Shown here: positions 25,637-33,678 of the stretch, one piece after another
Layout of the letters: every line of letters begins with the position of its first letter
How positions within the stretch are numbered: position 1 is the stretch's first letter
NCBI GenBank assembly: GCA_049318585.1
Contig: JBMOGB010000001.1
Coordinates: 62,851-126,850 of the forward strand
Length of the DNA stretch: 64,000 bases
Source of the DNA: Bacteroidia bacterium
GTDB lineage: Bacteria; Bacteroidota; Bacteroidia; UKL13-3
Reading direction: 5' to 3'
Notes under the pieces: generated by a model
Databases searched by the model: none
Told to the model about the DNA's origin: nothing
The model's input: the letters and a program-made list of their open reading frames with translations, nothing else
Position numbers and translations under genes: made by a program

Positions 25637-25652
25637 TATGATTAACTTTTTT
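25631..25652 (+). terminator. weak AT-rich hairpin + T6
   Basis: agttaat-atg-attaact (7-bp stem) runs into tttttt. It overlaps the LAGLIDADG stop codon. Confidence 0.3.
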
Positions 25653-25668
25653 AAAAGGTAATGATAAA

Positions 25669-26607
25669 ATGTCAAACAAAATTTTAGATAAAGATTTGCT
25701 AGATGAAATTATTAGGATAAAAGAATTATTAGGAAAAAATCCTAAGCAAGAAGATATAGCTATTCATAGCAAATTTAGTTTAAATAGTTATAAAAGAGCA
25801 TTTGGAGGCTTAGGCGGGGCTTTAATAAAGATAGGGGAAAATCCAACTTATATTACAGGACAAAATAAAGAAGATGTTATATCTGAAATTAAACGGCTAT
25901 ATAAAGAATTAAATAGAATTCCAAAAACATCTGAATTTACTAGATTATCATCAATGTCATTTCAAACTCTTAGAAAAATTTGTAATAAGCAATCATGGCA
26001 TTCATTATTATCAGAATGCGGAGCTACTGATGCTGAAATATCAAAATTAAAAAAGCATCATGTAACAAGTAAAGAGCTTAAAGAAGAGATTTTAAGATTA
26101 AAAAGTTTTCTTGGGAGATATCCTACATATATAGAGATGGCAAAGGAAGGTAAATTTTCTTGTAATACATATGAAGAAAAATTTGGGTCATGGGCAAAAG
26201 CATTTAAAGCTCTTGGATTTGATGATTATGTTTCGCAAAGTATATATAAAAATCAAATTCATGCAAAAGGAAATGATGGAAATATATATAGATCAAATTT
26301 TGAATCAAGAGCAGCCAATTTCTTATATACTTTAAAAAATAAAAATGAAATTTTAACATACGAATATGAGAGAAGGGTTTGTATTGGTAAAATTTGGACA
26401 TGTGATTTTGTAATAACGAAAAATAGCAATGAAGAAATTTGGTTAGAGCTTGATGGAATGTTAGATAAGCGAAAAGAACCATATGACAAGAGTAAAAAGA
26501 TTGATTTTTACAAGCATAGCAATATAAACTATTATATTTACAAATATGCATCAAGCAAAGAAAAGATAGAAACAGACATTTACAATATAATTTTTGAAGA
26601 AAAATAA
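25669..26607 (+). mobile_element. endonuclease-like protein: 3 homing-endonuclease-associated (HNH_repeat-type) repeats + C-terminal PD-(D/E)xK-like domain
   Basis: Three ~50-aa repeats (..EIKRLYKELNRIPKTSEF.....F.TLRK....SW..LL.ECG). C-terminus FESRAANFLY..YEYERRV...WTCDFVI....EIWLELDGM. Confidence 0.6.
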
Positions 26608-27378
26608 ATGGGATTTATTAATAAATATTCAAGCAAGAGTTTTTTGGGAAGATTATCAAAAAATATAATTGAGAATGATAATTTTATATCCTGGGAAGTT
26701 CGCGGGAAGAGAAAAGTAATTATCATAAAATATGATAGTAATATAATTGATGAATTATATAAGTTAATGCCATTTACATTTTTATATTTTGATAAGGATA
26801 TTGTAGACATATTAAAAAATGATAATAGATTTAATGTAAGAGCTTCTAAAGGAGAAGCAATTGAAACCGACATAAGCAAATGGAATGGGGTAAGCGGAAA
26901 AGAATGGAAAGATATTAGGTATACATTAAATAAAGCTAAAGAATATAATATTGAAGCAAGAGATACATTTGATATATTAGAGGTTGAAGAATTTGTAAAG
27001 AAATGGAGATATAGTTATGGAACAAAATATTTCAGGGATCATTCTTCTCAAAATACATTTTTTTTCAGAAGCGGAAATCATAATGAATGTATAAGTAGAT
27101 TTTATTATATAGACGGAAAGTTAGTTAGTTATGCTGTATTATCGCCTCCAGATTTGGAAGGTAATGCTCCATACATAATAAGAAAAACATTATATCAAGA
27201 ATATTATGGATTGACAGAGTATGTTGATTGTGATATTCTTAATATTGGTAAAGATGCTGGGATAAAAATAATAAATTGGGGAGGTGGATCCAATAAATTA
27301 TTAAAGTATAAAGCGAAATATCCACATTCAAAAACGGTATATCATTACGAAGGAAATTGCGAGGTAAAAAATGGGTGA
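26608..27378 (+). CDS. possible DUF2156/MprF-C-terminal-like (aminoacyl-tRNA-dependent transferase fold) protein
   Basis: WNGVSGKEWKDIRYTLNKAKEYNIEARD..VEEFVKKWRYSYG resembles the G.K.K.(I/L)R...N...K.G.....W core of DUF2156. Weak, by eye. ATG abuts the previous stop. Confidence 0.3.
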   Translation: MGFINKYSSKSFLGRLSKNIIENDNFISWEVRGKRKVIIIKYDSNIIDELYKLMPFTFLYFDKDIVDILKNDNRFNVRASKGEAIETDISKWNGVSGKEWKDIRYTLNKAKEYNIEARDTFDILEVEEFVKKWRYSYGTKYFRDHSSQNTFFFRSGNHNECISRFYYIDGKLVSYAVLSPPDLEGNAPYIIRKTLYQEYYGLTEYVDCDILNIGKDAGIKIINWGGGSNKLLKYKAKYPHSKTVYHYEGNCEVKNG

Positions 27379-28480
27379 TACGACTCCTATAAACATAGAT
27401 GGAACAGCCATAACAAAACAATATTTATTAACATTAACAATAGATGAGAGGAAAGAACAGTTAATTAAAGTAATGAAGTATTATCGGGATTATGGATTTC
27501 CATATCCAAAGTATGATGATAATACGATATTAAGAGATTTTAGTGCATTAAAGGACTTTGATACAAATACAATTATTGATGGGGACAGGCTTAGAGATTC
27601 TACGGCGGCTGGGTTAAAGGTATTTAAGCATTTTTGTCCTCAAATATATGATGTATATAGGGGGAATAAGCCATCGATGGTTCAAGCATTTAATAATGAT
27701 TCTATATTAAAAAAATGTTTAGAGAACAGGATGGGAATATCGTATATGGGAATCAACAGATATGGGCAAGATTTTATTGCGATATTTAATATAACGAATG
27801 GGATGATAAGGCAAGGATTGAGGAACGGGTATTTTTCTTCGCAAGTAAGCATATTTAAACCAGCTATTGCAAAAGCGATATATGATAAATATACAAAAGA
27901 GAATGATATTGTATATGATTTTTCTATTGGATTTGGGCAACGATTGGCTGGAGCTTTAAGTTGCAAGAACAATTTGAAATATATTGGATGTGATCCATGG
28001 GATAAATGTGTTAATGAAGCAAGGGAAATTGGAAGGTTCTTTGGGCGAGAAAATGATGTGGTTGTTGAGCAAGCTGGGTCTGAAGTATATTGTCCAGAAG
28101 AATTTATTGGAAAGGTAAGTTTGGCATTTTCATCTCCTCCATATTTTAATATGGAAGTTTATGATAATAATAATTCGACGCAAGCGTATAGTGGTGGAAT
28201 GGATTATTTTGTAAATGTATGGTTTGATAAGACGCTTGAAAACATGTCTAAATTATTAAAAGAAGATGGCATAATTGCATTGAATATTCCTCAAAATATA
28301 TTTGCTATTTTAAATGGTAAGTTAAAGAATTATAATTTTGAAGTAAAGACAGTATTATATGTTCAATTAACTAGGAATGCAAAATTTCATGTAAAAGAAA
28401 GTAAGACCAAATTGGAACCAATTTATATAATTGGAAAGTCTGAGCCGCTTATACCCCCTCCAGTATTTTCTTCAAAATAA
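27371..28480 (+). CDS. SAM-dependent methyltransferase with SPPY motif (N6-A/N4-C DNA or RNA MTase)
   Basis: VYDFSIGFGQRLAGAL (motif I-like) and LAFSSPPYFNMEVY (motif IV, (S/D)PPY). 8-nt overlap with the upstream gene. Confidence 0.6.
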   Translation: MGDTTPINIDGTAITKQYLLTLTIDERKEQLIKVMKYYRDYGFPYPKYDDNTILRDFSALKDFDTNTIIDGDRLRDSTAAGLKVFKHFCPQIYDVYRGNKPSMVQAFNNDSILKKCLENRMGISYMGINRYGQDFIAIFNITNGMIRQGLRNGYFSSQVSIFKPAIAKAIYDKYTKENDIVYDFSIGFGQRLAGALSCKNNLKYIGCDPWDKCVNEAREIGRFFGRENDVVVEQAGSEVYCPEEFIGKVSLAFSSPPYFNMEVYDNNNSTQAYSGGMDYFVNVWFDKTLENMSKLLKEDGIIALNIPQNIFAILNGKLKNYNFEVKTVLYVQLTRNAKFHVKESKTKLEPIYIIGKSEPLIPPPVFSSK

Positions 28481-28510
28481 ACAATATTGCTAATTTTAAT
28501 ATATATTTAT

Positions 28511-29416
28511 ATGAAGCTTAATGGGCTATTAAATATGTTTTGCAAATATGCTGCTTTAGATTTATTATCAATGGATATAAATCCAGATAATATTGATGAA
28601 GTTTTAAAGCAAATAGACTCTGAAATTGAGACTATAACTGGCAAAAAAGAAGATTTGCTTCAAAAAATGAATGACATAATACATAGTGCTGACGATTATC
28701 ATAAAGGAGAAAGTATTTTAGAACATACTAAGGAAGTATTACAAAACATAGAAAATATGGCTGATGAAATAACTGGGATTAATGATAATGCTTTAAAGTT
28801 ATTAAGATTAGTTGCATTATTTCATGATATTGGGAAAGTATATACCTTTGCAATTACCAAAAAGAATGATAAGACAAAGCACACATTTTATAGTCATGCG
28901 GCTAAAAGTGTTGAGGTCTTAAAATTATTAATTTCTAAAGATCTAGCTGAAGATTCCAATTTCCATCATGATTTAACTGAGCTTGTAAAGGCACATAATA
29001 GTATGATGGATTTGTTAGCTAGCAAGAAAGGTGATGATCCAGCTTATGTTAAAAGGTTAGTAGAAAGTACAATAGGCAAAAGAGACCTTATAAAGCAATT
29101 AAATATATTTATGAAAGCGGATTCTATGACTGAACACGCTATGAAAGAAACATTAAAAACTATTAATTCAATCACGGAAGATGTCCCAAGATATCACACG
29201 CAATTAAAAGAAAAAGAAAATAGAGCGGCAGCTATAGACCAAATGATAGTAGATAAAAAAGATGAAGTTGAAGAATTGTTAAATATAGAGCTTCCAAATG
29301 ATACTAATAGATTAATGGCATTATATCCAAACATTGGGCAAATACGTGGAGAAATAATGAAAGCAAAAAGAAAAGATATATTAGGTAAATTAAATATTAT
29401 AATTCCAGTAAGGTAA
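28511..29416 (+). CDS. HD-domain phosphohydrolase
   Basis: ILEHTKEV.., LLRLVALFHDIGKVYT (HD), FYSHAAKS, FMKADSM. ATG 28511 (the track starts at TTG 28487). Leader is LLNMFCKYAALD. Confidence 0.7.
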   Translation: MKLNGLLNMFCKYAALDLLSMDINPDNIDEVLKQIDSEIETITGKKEDLLQKMNDIIHSADDYHKGESILEHTKEVLQNIENMADEITGINDNALKLLRLVALFHDIGKVYTFAITKKNDKTKHTFYSHAAKSVEVLKLLISKDLAEDSNFHHDLTELVKAHNSMMDLLASKKGDDPAYVKRLVESTIGKRDLIKQLNIFMKADSMTEHAMKETLKTINSITEDVPRYHTQLKEKENRAAAIDQMIVDKKDEVEELLNIELPNDTNRLMALYPNIGQIRGEIMKAKRKDILGKLNIIIPVR

Positions 29417-29417
29417 T

Positions 29418-30059
29418 ATGCTCATAATAAAAGCAATACATATATTTTATAAATTGGCGATAGACGAAAGAAATGAATATCTTGGATTTAAAAGCGATTT
29501 AAAGCAAGTGAGGGATCCAAGACAACTTTCAATTAAATATATAGATAAACATGATATTGAAATTAAAGATTATAATGTTAAAACAATGCCAAGTGGATTA
29601 TTGAATTTTTTAATAAACAATAGGTTCGCTAATGGTTCTTTGGCAGATGACTATGAAAATATTTTATCTTTAAAAGAAGAAATTAATAAAGGAGATTTAG
29701 AATCAGTTGATGACTATTATATATTAGTAGCTACATATAAAAAGAAAACTGTAGGAGTATGTATTTTTTTAACTGAATCTAATGATCATATAAACACTTT
29801 TGTTAAATTAGAATTTAGGCAGCAAGGAGTTGGTAGATTATTAATAAATAAATTAAGAGAAAAATATCCAAATGCAAAATCTTATGGTGGAAGTCCAATA
29901 GGAGGATATTTTTATGGTAGTACTACTGGCAGCAAATCAGAAGAAAAAATAGCCTTAGATTATATTGATAATTTAGCTGAAGAACGGCTATTACAAGAAG
30001 AAAATCAAGAAAATCAAGAAAATCAACATAATGAAAATCAATTAGAATTATTCAATTAG
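29418..30059 (+). CDS. GNAT-family N-acetyltransferase, copy 1
   Basis: ILVATYKKKTVGVCIF...FVKLEFRQQGVGRLLINKL (motif A, R/Q-x-x-G-x-G). Leader MLIIKAIHIFYKLAIDE. TAG stop where copy 2 has TAT. Confidence 0.7.
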   Translation: MLIIKAIHIFYKLAIDERNEYLGFKSDLKQVRDPRQLSIKYIDKHDIEIKDYNVKTMPSGLLNFLINNRFANGSLADDYENILSLKEEINKGDLESVDDYYILVATYKKKTVGVCIFLTESNDHINTFVKLEFRQQGVGRLLINKLREKYPNAKSYGGSPIGGYFYGSTTGSKSEEKIALDYIDNLAEERLLQEENQENQENQHNENQLELFN

Positions 30060-30072
30060 GATAAAAGGTAAC

Positions 30073-30732
30073 ATGTTCATAATAAAAGCAATAGACATAT
30101 TTTATAAATTGGCAACAGACGAAAGAAATGAATATCTTGGATTTAAAAGCGATGTAAAGCAAGTGAGGGATCCAAGACAGCTTTCGATTAAATATATAGA
30201 TAAACATGATATTGAAATTAAAGATTATAATGTTAAAACAATGCCAAGTGGATTATTGAATTTTTTAATAAACAATAGGTTCGCTAATGGTTCTTTGGCA
30301 GATGACTATGAAAATATTTTATCTTTAAAAGAAGAAATTAATAAAGGAGATTTAGAATCAGTTGATGACTATTATATATTAGTAGCTACATATAAAAAGA
30401 AAACTGTAGGAGCATGTGTTTTTTTTGCTGAAGATGATCATATAAACACTTTTGTTAAATTAGAATTTAGGCAGCAAGGAGTTGGCAGATTATTAATAAA
30501 TAAATTAAGAGAAAAATATCCAAATGCAGAAAATACAGGATCTTATGAGGATACTCCAATAGGAGGATATTTTTATGGTAGTACTACTGGCAACAAATCA
30601 AAAGAAAAAATGGACTTAGATTATATTAATAATTTAGCTGAAGAACGGCTATTACAAGAAGAAAATCAAGAAAATCAAAAAAATCAACATAATAAAAATC
30701 AATTAGAATTATTCAATTATGATAAAAAGTAA
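30073..30732 (+). CDS. GNAT-family N-acetyltransferase, copy 2
   Basis: ~90% identical to copy 1, with the same FRQQGVGRLLINKL motif. Leader MFIIKAIDIFYKLATDE. Confidence 0.7.
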   Translation: MFIIKAIDIFYKLATDERNEYLGFKSDVKQVRDPRQLSIKYIDKHDIEIKDYNVKTMPSGLLNFLINNRFANGSLADDYENILSLKEEINKGDLESVDDYYILVATYKKKTVGACVFFAEDDHINTFVKLEFRQQGVGRLLINKLREKYPNAENTGSYEDTPIGGYFYGSTTGNKSKEKMDLDYINNLAEERLLQEENQENQKNQHNKNQLELFNYDKK

Positions 30733-30733
30733 C

Positions 30734-31954
30734 ATGTTCATAATAAAAGCAATAGACATATTTTATAGATTAACAAAAATAGCTGATCATGAATCAGAAG
30801 TGGTAAAAGCATTAATCAAATTTATAGCAGATACTGCAAGAGAAGCTGGAGTAGCAAATCATAGTTATATAGTTGGAGGATCAGTTAGAGATTTCGTTAT
30901 GGGAGTTGATCCAAAAGATATTGATATTGTTGTTGAAACAAAAATTGATGATGACGGTAATGTAAAGAATGCTACTACTCTTGGCACAGCAATAGCTGAT
31001 AAGCTTGGTTTAAAAGTTCAAGCTGATCAATATGGAGTTGTTCATATTGGACCAGTAGCTAAAGATTTTATTTTTGAAGGGCAAAATCTTATTGGGCAAA
31101 AAATAGAAATAGTAACAGCAAGAAAAGAGCAATATAATAGAGGCGGCAAAAGTTCGCACAAGCCATCAGAGGTTGCTCCTGGAACAATTGAAGATGATTT
31201 ACAAAGGAGAGACTTTACTTTCAATACATTGACTTGGAGGTTATCAGATATTGATAAAGGAGTGGAAGGAGCACCTGTAATTGATTTGTTAGGTACTGGC
31301 AGAAGAGATTTAGATGAAAGAACAGTAATGACTCCAATTGATCCAGAACAAACATTTTTAGATGATCCAAGCAGAATGTTAAGAGCTGTAAGATTTGCTA
31401 TTAAATATAATTTTACAATGAAACCAGAAGTTGCAGAAGCAATAAAAAGAAATGCAGAAGAAATAAAAAGAATGCCATATGAGCCAATAGCAGATGTATT
31501 TACCGGCAAGATACTATCTTTAGGTAAAGAAAAAGCAATGAAAGCAATTGAGCTTATGGATGATTTAAATTTATTAAAGCCTACATTAGAAATGATCAAT
31601 AAGAGTTTTCTAAAAAACAAATTAAAAGATATGCCAGTTGGTAATGACCCAGACTTCTTAATGTTTTTATTATCATATTTGAAAGAATATAATATTGAAA
31701 ATTTCATATTTAAATTTCCACTTGAATTTGAATCAGATCTTATGACATTACATAAATTATTATCGCACGAAGAATTTGCTTCATTATACAAAAAGCTTCA
31801 AGGGAATTTGATAAATGTAAATAAGTTTATGAAAGAATTTAAAGTATCAGGGTCTGCAATTGGAAAGCTTGTATTAAAAGCTAAAAAATTACTCGTTGAT
31901 AATCCAAATATGTCAATTGAAGCTATTGAAGATATTTTAGCAAGCGAATTATAA
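30734..31954 (+). CDS. class-II nucleotidyltransferase (tRNA CCA-adding enzyme / poly(A) polymerase family), head+neck, no HD domain
   Basis: YIVGGSVRDFVMGVDPKDIDIVVET (GG.VRD...D.D), IEDDLQRRDFTFNTL, FLDDPSRMLRAVRFAIKYNF. ATG 30734 avoids overlap (the track starts at 30719). Leader MFIIKAIDIFYRL. Confidence 0.85.
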   Translation: MFIIKAIDIFYRLTKIADHESEVVKALIKFIADTAREAGVANHSYIVGGSVRDFVMGVDPKDIDIVVETKIDDDGNVKNATTLGTAIADKLGLKVQADQYGVVHIGPVAKDFIFEGQNLIGQKIEIVTARKEQYNRGGKSSHKPSEVAPGTIEDDLQRRDFTFNTLTWRLSDIDKGVEGAPVIDLLGTGRRDLDERTVMTPIDPEQTFLDDPSRMLRAVRFAIKYNFTMKPEVAEAIKRNAEEIKRMPYEPIADVFTGKILSLGKEKAMKAIELMDDLNLLKPTLEMINKSFLKNKLKDMPVGNDPDFLMFLLSYLKEYNIENFIFKFPLEFESDLMTLHKLLSHEEFASLYKKLQGNLINVNKFMKEFKVSGSAIGKLVLKAKKLLVDNPNMSIEAIEDILASEL

Positions 31955-31971
31955 TTGATATATAGTTTTAT

Positions 31972-33075
31972 ATGCGATATTTTCTAGATGCAAATGCACA
32001 TGTTCCATTAAAATTAACATTTGATGAAATAAAAGAAGCAGAAGATAAACTATCAACGTTTGGTAATCCATTATCTCCAAGTTTTATTGGGCAAAAAACA
32101 AAAAAATTTGTTGAACAAACAAGAGAAGAAATTGCTTTGCTTCTTGGCATTGAAGATGCTTTCTCAATATCATTTACAAGTTCATGTTCAGAGGCTAACT
32201 ATTGGGCTTCTTTAATTATTTCTAATAACTTCTTATCTAAAGTTGGTAATGAAGATTTGCCAAATATAAATATATCACCATACGAGCATAGAAGTATTAA
32301 TGATTGTTTGTCTGTACTTCCATTTAATAAAAATTTTATAAAATTAGATAATAGTGGGGCTATAGATAATATATCAAATGCAGATTATTCAATTTTTATT
32401 GGGGCACAGAACGAGACTGGGACAATAGCTGATTTCAATCTAATAAGACAGAATACTAACAAATTATTTATGAGTGATCTTGCTCAAGTAATTGGTAAAA
32501 CCCCAATTAATTTAAATGATTCAGGAATTGATATTGCTACATTTGGGGCGCATAAATTTGGTGGACCTACCGGTATTGGCTTTTTATATTTAAAAGATCC
32601 AGAAAATTGGTGCCCCTTAAATAATATAAAGTCATATTATCATGACGCTCCAGGGTCATTAAATGTTAGAGGGGTTTATTTGGCATATCTAGCTTTAAAA
32701 AAATCCATTAATAATATAAAAGAAAATATGGAAAAGGCAAAGTCTTTTCAAATAGAAGTTGAAAATAATTTATCAAATATTGGATTTGAAGTTATTGGCG
32801 GTAATAATAGAATATCAACAACAACATTAGTAAAAGTTCCAGATAATAAAGGATTAGATTTATTACTAGAGTTATCTGATAATAATGTATATGTTGGATT
32901 AGGGTCAGCTTGTGGATCATCAGAAGAGCAGCCTTTATTATCAGCTATTGCCCTTGGCTATAAAGATGCTGTAAATACGCAATTTATTAGAATTAGCCAG
33001 ACTGGGCAATATGATTATAATGATGCTAAAGTAGTGTCAGATATAATATACAAATCATTTAAATCTTTGGAGTAG
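31972..33075 (+). CDS. class-V aminotransferase / NifS-IscS-like cysteine desulfurase
   Basis: ATFGAHKFGGPTGIGFLYLK (PLP-lysine HK motif) and VGLGSACGSSEEQP (active-site Cys loop, compare SSGSAC). Confidence 0.75.
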   Translation: MRYFLDANAHVPLKLTFDEIKEAEDKLSTFGNPLSPSFIGQKTKKFVEQTREEIALLLGIEDAFSISFTSSCSEANYWASLIISNNFLSKVGNEDLPNINISPYEHRSINDCLSVLPFNKNFIKLDNSGAIDNISNADYSIFIGAQNETGTIADFNLIRQNTNKLFMSDLAQVIGKTPINLNDSGIDIATFGAHKFGGPTGIGFLYLKDPENWCPLNNIKSYYHDAPGSLNVRGVYLAYLALKKSINNIKENMEKAKSFQIEVENNLSNIGFEVIGGNNRISTTTLVKVPDNKGLDLLLELSDNNVYVGLGSACGSSEEQPLLSAIALGYKDAVNTQFIRISQTGQYDYNDAKVVSDIIYKSFKSLE

Positions 33076-33076
33076 C

Positions 33077-33385
33077 ATGAGTGTAGTTATAAATACAAAA
33101 GTAAAAATTCCTTCAGAAAAAGAAACTAAAATAAAAATTTTAGGTTTAGCTCAAATATATGGGTGTTATCCAGAAGCTAAAAAAGCGTTCTATAAATTTG
33201 AGCAATATAGTTCTGCATATAGACCAGACGATGTTAATGCTAAATTTCAAATAGCAGCAGGATTTATAAAAACATTATCAGAAATTAGCATACATTTAGT
33301 AGCTTGGCTAGCAGATGAAAATGGCAATATAATGATAAATAATGTTGTTGTTTTTACAGTTGAAGACGTGCCGAATAAAGAATAA
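33077..33385 (+). CDS. hypothetical 102-aa protein coupled to the desulfurase gene
   Basis: ATG lies 1 nt after the previous stop. No recognisable motif. Confidence 0.5.
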   Translation: MSVVINTKVKIPSEKETKIKILGLAQIYGCYPEAKKAFYKFEQYSSAYRPDDVNAKFQIAAGFIKTLSEISIHLVAWLADENGNIMINNVVVFTVEDVPNKE

Positions 33386-33444
33386 TTTTTTATCTGTCAT
33401 TTTTTATATATTATTTTTGGATATATTTACCTAAAAGAGGAATA

Positions 33445-33666
33445 ATGAATAGTTTTAAAGGAACTGTAGTTTGGTTCAATGTGAGTAGAGGATATGGATT
33501 CATTAAAAGAGATGATAATAAAGCCGATATATTTGTGCATTATAGTGATATAAATGCTGCTGGGTATAAAGTATTAAGAGCGAATGATGTTATTACATTT
33601 GAAGAAGGGTTCACTTTTAAAGAGAAATTAAAAGCAACAAATGTAACTGTTGTTGAAAGAAAATAA
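33445..33666 (+). CDS. csp: cold-shock domain protein (CspA family)
   Basis: SD aaaagagg lies upstream. GTVVWFNVSRGYGFI (RNP1) and DIFVHYSDI (RNP2). 73 aa. Confidence 0.9.
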   Translation: MNSFKGTVVWFNVSRGYGFIKRDDNKADIFVHYSDINAAGYKVLRANDVITFEEGFTFKEKLKATNVTVVERK

Positions 33667-33678
33667 TATTTGGAAGAT

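Larger units (their letters stand above)
29418..30732 (+). repeat. tandem duplication (two ~655-bp units) of the GNAT gene
   Basis: Long runs of near-identity (for example 29470-29760 versus 30125-30415). Divergence is concentrated in the linker before the C-terminal ENQ repeats. Confidence 0.9.

Noticed and set aside
31042-31791. 249-aa ORF antisense to the nucleotidyltransferase gene.
   Set aside because: Its composition is Ser/Leu/Ile/Asn-rich, typical of a shadow frame in AT-rich DNA. It has no SD. The sense strand carries unambiguous class-II nucleotidyltransferase motifs.
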